A DNA stretch of 64,000 nucleotides from a virus (Duplodnaviria > Caudoviricetes): positions 1,621-65,620 of IMG/VR virus record IMGVR_UViG_2740891816_000001, one strand, 5' to 3'. Shown here piece by piece: positions 9,172 to 16,769 of the stretch. The notes below the pieces were generated by a model. It ran no database searches. It was not told the origin of the DNA and saw nothing but the letters and a program-made list of their open reading frames with translations. How positions within the stretch are numbered: the stretch's first letter is position 1; the number at the start of each line of letters is the position of its first letter. The position numbers were made by a program, and so were the translations under genes.

Positions 9172-9398
9172 TGATCGCCTCCTGCCGGCAGACAGATCGC
9201 CTCCATCTGCGCCATCGCCAGCCCAATGCGCAGCTTGAGGCTGGCGCGCTCTTTGAGTCGGTGCTCCTCGCGTCCTGCCAAGTCCTCTGCTGTGTACTCA
9301 TGGAACAGGTCAGCGTGCTGCTGCTTCCCAAAGTTCGGCAAGTCCCAGCGCCTGTCGGATTCCCGGGCCTGAGCGCTATCCGCGTAACTGGTCGGCAT
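9168..9398 (-). CDS. Phage hypothetical protein (MPTSYADSAQARE...)
   Basis: ORF track, trimmed to the internal ATG. Confidence 0.6.
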   Translation of the reverse strand: MPTSYADSAQARESDRRWDLPNFGKQQHADLFHEYTAEDLAGREEHRLKERASLKLRIGLAMAQMEAICLPAGGDQ

Positions 9399-9642
9399 GT
9401 AGGCACTCCAGGCGCCGAGCGAGGGCGCAGGCTTCGTTGTGGTTGCGGCGGAACCCGATGACCTTGCCGGTACGGCTGTCCACCACATGGAAGAAGTCGC
9501 GGCCTGCAGGCTTCACCATCATCCGGAAGGTGACCGCCGGCTCAGGTCGCCCAATCAGCCGGTAGAACTCGGCAGTGGCGATACGGGAGCGCTGATGCAG
9601 GCCGTCGACGATGTCGCGGCGCGATTGGATGCTGTGGTGCAT
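9376..9642 (-). CDS. Phage hypothetical protein
   Basis: GGAGG RBS; 88 aa. Confidence 0.7.
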   Translation of the reverse strand: MHHSIQSRRDIVDGLHQRSRIATAEFYRLIGRPEPAVTFRMMVKPAGRDFFHVVDSRTGKVIGFRRNHNEACALARRLECLHADQLRG

Positions 9643-9661
9643 GGTCGCCTCCAGGATGGCG

Positions 9662-9847
9662 TTATTCAGTGGGAAGAGGTGGGAGCGGCATCCAGTGACT
9701 TGGATCGCCGTACCAGAAGCACCATCCGAGAGTTTTGTCGTACAGCCACTCAGTGACCTGCATCTGCCCGTACTCGAACAGGCACAGGTAATCGCGCTTC
9801 TCGCCTTCTGGCGGTAGCCGGTCGCTGCACTTGATCCAATTGCTCAT
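9662..9847 (-). CDS. DUF551-family phage protein
   Basis: WIKCSDRLP ... SHWMPLP.LP signature. Confidence 0.85.
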   Translation of the reverse strand: MSNWIKCSDRLPPEGEKRDYLCLFEYGQMQVTEWLYDKTLGWCFWYGDPSHWMPLPPLPTE

Positions 9848-9868
9848 GGAGACCTCCAGTATTTGGGG

Positions 9869-10060
9869 TTAGGCGGTGGCTGGCAGGGCTTCACGAAAGC
9901 GCGACGGGCTCCAGTCGCAAGCCTCATCAGCAGGGATGTGGCCGAACATCAGCGTGCAGCGGCGGCAATGCACGCAGTCGCCGCAGGTCTTGCCCTCGGG
10001 CAGATTCATTTGGTCAGCGTTGTCTGCCGACCGTGGATATGGCTTTCTTTGCTCGCTCAT
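9869..10060 (-). CDS. Small Cys-rich protein (CGDCVHC..C), first gene of the leftward early operon
   Basis: 63 aa ORF with GGAG RBS. Confidence 0.65.
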   Translation of the reverse strand: MSEQRKPYPRSADNADQMNLPEGKTCGDCVHCRRCTLMFGHIPADEACDWSPSRFREALPATA

Positions 10061-10282
10061 GAATGACTCCGTGGACTTGGTTCACCTGTATTCGTCAACA
10101 CTCATGCCTCCCGCTGGTTGCCGATGGGCGCGGGGGAGGAGTGCTGACGTAATAGAGGCGGGGGAAGGGCGGCTGCGGGAGTGTTGGCAGAAGAAGGTCA
10201 ACAGTCTGCTAGGATTCAAGCCGCTGTTCGGGAGAAAGGCTGATCCTTTTGCCCGCTATGAATGACTACTTAGGGAAAAGAT

Positions 10283-10801
10283 ATGTCGGTGTACTCAGTT
10301 ACCATCCCCTGTTTTGCGCAAATGCTGCGAGCGTTATCGGCTCTTTTGTCTAAGGGCGAGGCCGCCGCTTTGGAGCGCGGTTATGACCCGCAAATTCTGC
10401 TTGGCGCTCGACTAGCACCTGATATGCACGATCTGGCCCGGCAAATTCAGTACGCTTGCACTCAAGCCCAGGAGGCGGTGCAGCGACTTACACAGCGGCC
10501 GGTTGGCTCGCTCACTCCTCCGGAAAACTTGGCGGCAGCGAAGGAGCTAATCGAACGCACTTTGGCTGTTCTTGATTCAGCGGACCGCGCTCAAATAGAG
10601 GAAGGGGCTGAGCGTCAAATCGCTATTGAGTTACCAAATGGCATGGCCTTCGATATGACCGGCAGCGAATACGCTGTGAACTGGGCTACTCCACAGTTCT
10701 ACTTTCACCTGGTTACGGCTTACAACATCTTGCGCCATAACGGTGTACCTCTCGGGAAAGCCGATTATGTACAGCACATGTTTGCTTACCTGCGTCAGTA
10801 A
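10283..10801 (+). CDS. DUF1993-family protein (DinB-like helical bundle), moron
   Basis: LAPDM..L..Q, PQFYFHLVTAYNILRHNGVPLGKADY. Confidence 0.85.
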   Translation: MSVYSVTIPCFAQMLRALSALLSKGEAAALERGYDPQILLGARLAPDMHDLARQIQYACTQAQEAVQRLTQRPVGSLTPPENLAAAKELIERTLAVLDSADRAQIEEGAERQIAIELPNGMAFDMTGSEYAVNWATPQFYFHLVTAYNILRHNGVPLGKADYVQHMFAYLRQ

Positions 10802-11294
10802 CCTCGCTGTTTGAAGCCCGGTAAAACACCCAGGCCCGCTACTGGCGACGGCCTGGGTTCGTTGCGTCAGCGGTGTGGCCCGTTGCCCGCTGCTGATTGC
10901 AGGGCTGGCCGGGGTGGGCGGCGAGCTTCCTCCTCACGGCGTCAAACAGCATCTGTTCGCCGTGGATCACAGGTCCTTACAACATGCACGCTACAGCTCT
11001 GAATGCCCGATTGATTGGGGCAGGGTGCATGAGGTCCGGCGTTCCCAGCCGAGGCTATCGGGATCGCTAATTCAAATCTTTTGGAGCTGGCCGTGACCCG
11101 CTACTGGCGTCGGTCACCGGCTTGAATCAAATGTTCGTCCAGCCGCGGGCCTTTCGGCTTGTTCTCCCGCTGGATAACTGTTCTTGGCGCTTTACGCTGC
11201 ACGCCCGGGTCAGTTGCCAACCCTCTGAACCGTTTAGGCCGGTTCATCGCTGCCTTTGAATCTGGGCCGGTGGTGATCCGGCAAGGGGTGTCGC

Positions 11295-11303
11295 TAAAGA
11301 GCG
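11295..11303 (-). promoter_or_regulatory. boxA-like antitermination element CGCTCTTTA
   Basis: Matches the lambda/rrn boxA consensus, about 25 nt downstream of the predicted pL start. Confidence 0.55.
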
Positions 11304-11332
11304 GCGCAGCTTTCGCTGCTGGCTTGAGATGA

Positions 11333-11374
11333 AATATAAGTCAGCTTATTTGATGCGTCAATAAGTGTGCTTAT
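11333..11374 (-). promoter_or_regulatory. pL promoter (TTGACG-17-TATATT) overlapped by two operators ATAAG-N4-CTTAT (11336-11349, 11361-11374)
   Basis: Sigma70 spacing; the same palindrome recurs between cI and cro. Confidence 0.85.
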
Positions 11375-11393
11375 ATATTTTTCTGCAGGCGAT

Positions 11394-11417
11394 AAAAAGC
11401 CCGCTCAGTGGCGGGCT
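11394..11417 (-). terminator. Rho-independent terminator after the DUF1654-like gene
   Basis: AGCCCGC-loop-GCGGGCT-T5 on the minus strand. Confidence 0.75.
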
Positions 11418-11420
11418 CAT

Positions 11421-11672
11421 TTACACGTCGCAGTACTCGCGCCAGCCGATCCTGACTGCGCCACCTTCCAAGTGCTCAATCCGGACACCGGCGGTTTCAC
11501 TGATCTCATCAAGCAGTCGTTTCCAGTCCTCAGGGCTTTCGTGATCCAGCCTCGCCACCGTCACCGCCTGCACCTTTTGAACGCCTGGCGCGGCAATCAG
11601 CGCTTGCAGGCGCCGACCTGTGGCTTCGTAGGAAGAGGTCATTTGCGAGGTAGAAAAAGCAGGGCGAGACAT
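11421..11672 (-). CDS. DUF1654-like protein, SOS-box preceded
   Basis: SSYEATGRRLQALIAAPGVQK ... W..LLDEISE..GV.I ... VRIGW pattern; start at ATG 11672. Confidence 0.75.
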   Translation of the reverse strand: MSRPAFSTSQMTSSYEATGRRLQALIAAPGVQKVQAVTVARLDHESPEDWKRLLDEISETAGVRIEHLEGGAVRIGWREYCDV

Positions 11673-11691
11673 GTGGCATTCCTTACCATAA

Positions 11692-11707
11692 CTGTATGTA
11701 TATACAG
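11692..11707. promoter_or_regulatory. LexA (SOS) box CTGTATGTATATACAG
   Basis: Near-perfect CTGT-N8-ACAG 20 bp upstream of the start codon. Confidence 0.88.
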
Positions 11708-11797
11708 TATTTGTGCCGCCGCATAATGGCAAGGAGGAATTGAAATGCCATTTCGGGACGTGTAAATAATTCGCGCAGGTGCTTTGCAAGGGGCATG

Positions 11798-11820
11798 AAA
11801 AAGCCCGCTCTGGGCGGGCT
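11798..11820 (-). terminator. Terminator closing the cI cargo operon
   Basis: AGCCCGC-CCAGA-GCGGGCT-T5 on the minus strand. Confidence 0.75.
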
Positions 11821-11837
11821 CTGGCGACCTTGAGGTG

Positions 11838-12419
11838 TCAGTCTGTAATGGGGGCGTACTTGCCGCTGACCGAGTCCCTGTAGACGATCTCACTAAATAG
11901 GCGCGGACCATCTCGCAGGGCGGCCAGTGCCCGTTTCGCTTCATCCTTGGTCTCGTAGGGGCCGGCACCTACAGCAAGGCCGATCATCGACACAACAGGG
12001 AGTCCTGCCATCGCTATGGCGTCCATGGTGCGTTCCTGTTCTTCCTTGTCGTGGCAGGCGGTAAACGCTACCCAGCCTTGCTTCAGGCGGGGCGACTTAA
12101 CAGGCTCAACATCGGCACCGCAGTGCTTGCACTTGATGGCAGCATTCTTGATTGTCTCGGCGCAGTAAGGGCAGGCGCGATCATCTGATAGGGGCGGAGC
12201 AGGGGTGCTTTTTTCTGCTGACTTCTCCGTGTTTGCCGACGATGCCCACACTAAGGCGACCACCCAGCCCAGAAACGTCCAGCCTAGGAACAGATTCACC
12301 AGAAAGATGGAGGTTCCATTGACGTGCTTGCGGTAGGAGGCAATAAACGTTGGAAAAAAATAGATGACGAAGCTGATCGCCAAGAGCAGGAATGCAGCTG
12401 CTGGGTTTCCATTATCCAT
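11838..12419 (-). CDS. Superinfection immunity (T4 Imm-like) membrane domain + zinc ribbon + SPOR-like C-terminus
   Basis: YFFPT.IA..RKH.N...IFLVNLFLGWTFLGWVVALVWA; CPYCAETIK..A.KCKHCG; VGAGPY...EA. Confidence 0.8.
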   Translation of the reverse strand: MDNGNPAAAFLLLAISFVIYFFPTFIASYRKHVNGTSIFLVNLFLGWTFLGWVVALVWASSANTEKSAEKSTPAPPLSDDRACPYCAETIKNAAIKCKHCGADVEPVKSPRLKQGWVAFTACHDKEEQERTMDAIAMAGLPVVSMIGLAVGAGPYETKDEAKRALAALRDGPRLFSEIVYRDSVSGKYAPITD

Positions 12420-12540
12420 ATCAAAAACCTAATCCATTGAGCAGATCAGGCACTTTACCATTCGTGGCGTACAGCCACCATTGGTGGAGCAGGGAAGGGC
12501 AGATACAAGAAGCCCGGCCCGGCGCGGGGCCGGGCTGGCG

Positions 12541-13290
12541 TCAGTGAACAGCGGAACTATAATGCGCCTGGAAATCGCTGAACAATATCGTTGGGGAGAG
12601 TCCGCCGAGAACATTGATTTCATCCTCGGCTTTTTGTTTTTTATCCCGGTCATCAACGATGAACAATACGTCAACTGGCTCTTCGGATTTATTGATGATC
12701 ACGGCCTTCCTAAGCCGAGCATTGATTGACTGTTGCACCGGAGCGACAGCATCAACATATGTGTCTCCCCACAAGAAATCGAAGGTGACGTCAATCTTAC
12801 CGACCCGGAGAGCTGCATTCCTAAGCAGCTTCCGTTCCGGGTCTTTAGCCCGAAGCAGCATCTCAACCTCTTCAGTCAATGAGAAGTCGGCATCTCCCTC
12901 GGAGAACCTGTCTTCCTCCCAGGTAGCGATTGCCGCCATAAGCCGGAGAATCTTCGCTCCCCAAATATCGAGATCGCCCTCAGGGAAAACGCTTTCAAAA
13001 GCTCCCGCACTGGTCAGCACAAAACCGTGACGGACGCCGAGATTCTCAAGGCCTTTCCAGTTTCTCTTGTCGCCAAGAGCGTATCCAAGCGAGCGAAGCG
13101 CGAAGATCGTTATCCCGTCATCGGTAAACTCGATATGGTTTCCGCGCTTGATCAAGTAGAAATCGAGGGGTTTGCCTCCTGGCAATGTTATAGGCGTGCT
13201 GATGTAAGTAGCTGGACCGCTACCTACATTAACGGTTTGGCAATGCCACCCCGATTTTGAGAAGAAATCTCCGCATCCAATGCTGCACAT
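12541..13290 (-). CDS. DUF1828-like N-terminus with restriction-endonuclease-like (DUF1829-like) C-terminus
   Basis: ISTPITL...FTDDG..IF.L; TFDF...VDAV...LFIVDD; family assignment by eye. Confidence 0.65.
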   Translation of the reverse strand: MCSIGCGDFFSKSGWHCQTVNVGSGPATYISTPITLPGGKPLDFYLIKRGNHIEFTDDGITIFALRSLGYALGDKRNWKGLENLGVRHGFVLTSAGAFESVFPEGDLDIWGAKILRLMAAIATWEEDRFSEGDADFSLTEEVEMLLRAKDPERKLLRNAALRVGKIDVTFDFLWGDTYVDAVAPVQQSINARLRKAVIINKSEEPVDVLFIVDDRDKKQKAEDEINVLGGLSPTILFSDFQAHYSSAVH

Positions 13291-13294
13291 ACCC

Positions 13295-13783
13295 TCACCC
13301 AAATAGATCGTCATCGAAAGGAGTCGATATTGAACGACCACTGTTGCTCATGATTCTAGCGTGTCGCACAAATCGCTCAACCCACCTTCGTTCGGTGGCG
13401 CCACTGATCGACGATCGGACCTTTTTCGTCACCTGAGCCAAGCGCTCATCACCAAGATGAAGATGAGGTCCGAACATGTCCATTCCTTTTTCTCTATGGG
13501 ATCGCTCATGCTCTGGCCAGACCTCAAGCATGAAGACGCGGCGCTTTTCCTTGCCCTCCCGGTACATGAGCCCATAACTAACGCGCTCGCCCATTCTTCC
13601 AGGCTGGAATTCGCCTTTGAAGTACAGATGCGGAATGGTTACGCGACGATCATCCAGCAGCATGCTGGTAGCTTCAAGCCATCCGCTGTGAGAGGGTTTT
13701 TCTGACCACTCCACATCTTCAGATAGAAACTTTATCCGGCGGCACCACTGGCGACATTCGTCTAGCCAGGTGTCTTTGTGCAT
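13295..13783 (-). CDS. DUF6978-like protein with His motif (SH....GPHLH)
   Basis: AAGGAG RBS, 4 bp from the next gene; family assignment by eye. Confidence 0.6.
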   Translation of the reverse strand: MHKDTWLDECRQWCRRIKFLSEDVEWSEKPSHSGWLEATSMLLDDRRVTIPHLYFKGEFQPGRMGERVSYGLMYREGKEKRRVFMLEVWPEHERSHREKGMDMFGPHLHLGDERLAQVTKKVRSSISGATERRWVERFVRHARIMSNSGRSISTPFDDDLFG

Positions 13784-13841
13784 TGCTGCTCCTTGAAATT
13801 GTTGGCTTACTCGGGCTTGCCCCGCACAATCCTTCCCGCTC

Positions 13842-14084
13842 TCACCTCATCCGAACGCCATAGAAGTGGTTCAGCGCTATCAGCTCAAACGCAGCCACGA
13901 AAACGCAGAGCACAACGAAGCCAGGGCTGAAGACCCGCTTGCGGTTTGAACCCCAGCCAAGCCCGGCCGCGTCGGAGTAGCCGGGGATCATCATAAGCAC
14001 CGCCAGCCAAGCAATGACCCCGACCTTGCTCCAGAAGCTCTGCTCTCGCCATGAGGTCGACGGCTTTCCAAGGGCGGAGGGCAT
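13842..14084 (-). CDS. Small two-TM membrane protein translationally coupled to cI
   Basis: TGATG overlap with the cI stop; two hydrophobic segments. Confidence 0.65.
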   Translation of the reverse strand: MPSALGKPSTSWREQSFWSKVGVIAWLAVLMMIPGYSDAAGLGWGSNRKRVFSPGFVVLCVFVAAFELIALNHFYGVRMR

Positions 14085-14743
14085 CAGTAAAACTTCTGCA
14101 GTGCCTGCACGACGACCCCAACGATCCGACAGTTCTCGTCGACCGCTTCGATTGGGTAGCTTGGGTTCAGCGGCTTCAGGAACAGCCGGCCGCCGTCGCT
14201 CACGAGCTTCTTGAATGTCGCTTCGTTGCTGTCCCGCAGCTTGGCCACGACCAGCTTACCTGGCGCAACCTCGGCTTCGGTATCGACTAGGATCAGGGTG
14301 CCCTCGGTGACACTCTGGCCTGCAGGCGCCGTCATCGAGTCGCCTTTCACCTTTAGCCAAAACGCTGTGCCCTTGGAGTCGTACTCCGAAAACTCATAGC
14401 TGTCCGAGAATCCGGCTGGGTAGGGCTCAACAGCCTCCGCCCAGGCGCCGGCGGCTACCCAGCTGATTACTGGATAGCGGAATGATTTTGTGGGTTGGGC
14501 GGCGATGGAGATGTTTGACTCGGCAGCGCTCACACCTGTCATTGGCCCGGTATTTTCGGAGAGCCAAATAGCGTTCACACCACACACATGGGCGATCTTC
14601 GGTAGGTGAGCGCTTTGAAGGTTCTTTCCGGTCTCCAGCTGGGAGATTACCGGTTGCTCAACACCCACTTTTAAGGCGAGCGCCTTCTGCGTCAGCTTGG
14701 CGTGGTTGCGTGCGGTTTTGATTCGTTCGGCGAGTGTGCTCAT
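14084..14743 (-). CDS. cI: CI repressor (HTH + S24 autopeptidase)
   Basis: HTH TQKALA.KVGVEQPVISQLE; VAAG cleavage site; GDSM Ser and TFKKL Lys. Confidence 0.95.
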   Translation of the reverse strand: MSTLAERIKTARNHAKLTQKALALKVGVEQPVISQLETGKNLQSAHLPKIAHVCGVNAIWLSENTGPMTGVSAAESNISIAAQPTKSFRYPVISWVAAGAWAEAVEPYPAGFSDSYEFSEYDSKGTAFWLKVKGDSMTAPAGQSVTEGTLILVDTEAEVAPGKLVVAKLRDSNEATFKKLVSDGGRLFLKPLNPSYPIEAVDENCRIVGVVVQALQKFY

Positions 14744-14816
14744 CAGCTGAAATTTATAAGTTCCCTTATCGGCTTGCAAATAAGTTTCCTTCTACTTAGG
14801 ATATAAGCAGGCTTAT
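14744..14816. promoter_or_regulatory. oR switch: operators at 14756-14769, 14780-14793 (imperfect), 14803-14816; divergent pR and pRM
   Basis: ATAAG-N4-CTTAT palindromes at 23-24 bp spacing; TTGCAA-17-TAGGAT rightward, TTGCAA-17-TAAATT leftward. Confidence 0.8.
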
Positions 14817-14831
14817 CAGGAGGGCGCTCTT

Positions 14832-15044
14832 ATGACCCCTATCGAAAGGCTCGTCGACTTCTTCGGCGGGCAAACCAAAACCGCTTTAGCGCTCGACGTT
14901 TCTCAAGCCGCAGTTTCGTACTGGGTTGCCGGGATTCACCCGATGCGCGCCGAAAAGGCTTTCAAAGCAGAAGAGTTGACCGGCGGAAAAATCACTGCCC
15001 GCGAGCTATGCATGCGCCAGAAGGGGGCTCAATCCGCCGCCTAA
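14832..15044 (+). CDS. cro: Cro-like repressor
   Basis: GGQTKTALALDVSQAAVSYW HTH, divergent from cI. Confidence 0.9.
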   Translation: MTPIERLVDFFGGQTKTALALDVSQAAVSYWVAGIHPMRAEKAFKAEELTGGKITARELCMRQKGAQSAA

Positions 15045-15094
15045 CATCCCTGTCCGCCGTTCCATTGAAGCCAGATTAGAAGAGAGCAGTCCCC

Positions 15095-15715
15095 ATGCAA
15101 ACGTCCAGTTCCAGACACACCGTACAAACCCGTGATCAGGTGCTGGTCGCCCATGCTGCAAACCAGATCGCGCGCACCAGCCTGAGCCAAGACGATTTCG
15201 CCCAGGCACTGAGCCGTGAGATCTATCTAAGTGTACCTGCCAAGAAAATCCAAGATGCCAAAGTCCCGGACTTTGAAGAGCTGGCCCGCCTGAATGACGT
15301 AGGCGAATTCATCAAGGGCACCGGCCGCTGGCTCAAGCGCGTACAGCGCTGGCTGTCGGGCGATCAGGAAATGCCGTCCTGGCTGGAAGAGTCCTGGGTG
15401 AACGCCCTCGAGCCTGAATTCCGCGACCACTGTATCAACGAGCTGGCGAGCCGCCACGGCCTGACTGGCGCCCGCCAGATGACCAGCGATCAATGCGCGA
15501 ACAAAAGTTTCGGCGCGCTGATCCGCGCCCTGGGTGACGTGATCGACACCGGCAGCGAAGTGTTTGACGACCAAGTGATGTGCGAGCAGGACCTGCCGCA
15601 CCTGCCTGCGTTTGCCAAGCAGTGCCGTCAGGTTGAAGCGAAGGCGGGGGAACTGGGGCGCAAGGCTGAGCAGTTGCTCGCTTCGACCCAGCGGAACCTG
15701 AAATCTGTTTCCTGA
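15095..15715 (+). CDS. Conserved Pseudomonas phage regulator at the cII position
   Basis: 206 aa ORF after cro; role inferred from synteny. Confidence 0.65.
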   Translation: MQTSSSRHTVQTRDQVLVAHAANQIARTSLSQDDFAQALSREIYLSVPAKKIQDAKVPDFEELARLNDVGEFIKGTGRWLKRVQRWLSGDQEMPSWLEESWVNALEPEFRDHCINELASRHGLTGARQMTSDQCANKSFGALIRALGDVIDTGSEVFDDQVMCEQDLPHLPAFAKQCRQVEAKAGELGRKAEQLLASTQRNLKSVS

Positions 15716-15910
15716 ATTCCCGCGCATGCGCGGTTTTTTTAGCGTAACGCGAGGCCAGTTTTAAAACGATTTTCAGCTTGAGCCGAAAGCGACATTCAAA
15801 TCAGGGGTTTTACCGGACCACTAGTAAATGAGAGCCCCCGAAAACCCAAGCAAAAAAAAAGCCACCGGTCGAGGGTGGCTGATTCGATAACACTTTGTGA
15901 GGCCGATTAT

Positions 15911-16768
15911 ATGCAAACCCAGCCACATATCAATAGCGCTACAGATCTCGCGCCACGTTTTCCGCAATCTGAAAACGTGGCGCGGATTAAACCAGTGACA
16001 CCTTTCGACTTCCACGGCTTCCCCGTCCGCGTAATTGACGACGGTCACGGGGAGCCATGGTTCATCGCCAAGGACATCGCCGAAGCCCTGGGCTACTCCA
16101 ACACGTCGAAGGCGATCAATACTCACTGCAAAGCGGTCAATACCTGCCATACCGAAATGGGAGGTCAGGTCCGTGCTGTGCAAATCATCCCTGAGCGCGA
16201 TCTCTACCGTCTGGTGATGAAATCCAAGCTACCCGCTGCCGAGCAGTTTGAGGAATGGGTTGTGGGCCAGGTGCTGCCGACCATTCGAAAGACCGGCTCT
16301 TACACCGTCCTGGAGACGAACAACTCCAAGGTCATTGGCGAACTCGCCATTCTGGAATGCTTCGATCGCCTGCTGAAGCCGGCGCCCTCCAGCAAGATGA
16401 TGATGCTGGCCAAGATCGCCGCCAACAACGGCCTGGATGCCAAGTTCCTCCCAGGCTATGCCGTGGACGCCGCGCCAGATGCCGCTGGCGGGTCTTCGAT
16501 GCCGACCAAGGCAATCACCGTCCTTATCAAAGAACACGCCATCGCCAGCACCGCGCGCGCCTTCAACATTGCACTGGAGGCTCACGGCTTCCTCAAAGTC
16601 CTTCAGCGCAAAAACTCCAAGCAGGAAATGGTGGACTTCTGGTCTGTGACCGAGAAGGGCATGGCCTACGGCAAGAACCTCACCAGCCCTCAATGCCCCC
16701 GCGAGACGCAGCCTCACTGGTACGTGGATCGTTTCCTTGAATTGGCCGCAAAGGTCGGGAAGGCCTGA
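15911..16768 (+). CDS. BRO-N domain antirepressor
   Basis: FDFHGFPVRV...PWFIAKDIAEALGYSN; FEEWV..VLPTIRKTGSY. Confidence 0.88.
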   Translation: MQTQPHINSATDLAPRFPQSENVARIKPVTPFDFHGFPVRVIDDGHGEPWFIAKDIAEALGYSNTSKAINTHCKAVNTCHTEMGGQVRAVQIIPERDLYRLVMKSKLPAAEQFEEWVVGQVLPTIRKTGSYTVLETNNSKVIGELAILECFDRLLKPAPSSKMMMLAKIAANNGLDAKFLPGYAVDAAPDAAGGSSMPTKAITVLIKEHAIASTARAFNIALEAHGFLKVLQRKNSKQEMVDFWSVTEKGMAYGKNLTSPQCPRETQPHWYVDRFLELAAKVGKA

Positions 16769-16769
16769 C

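Noticed and set aside
10828-11120. Twin hairpins as iron-responsive elements
   Set aside because: Loop is CAGUA with a 3-bp upper stem and 2-nt bulge, not CAGUGN with a 5-bp stem and single C bulge; the resemblance is superficial
11130-11220. Hammerhead ribozyme (GCC-GAAA-GGC nearby)
   Set aside because: No CUGANGA core in the required arrangement
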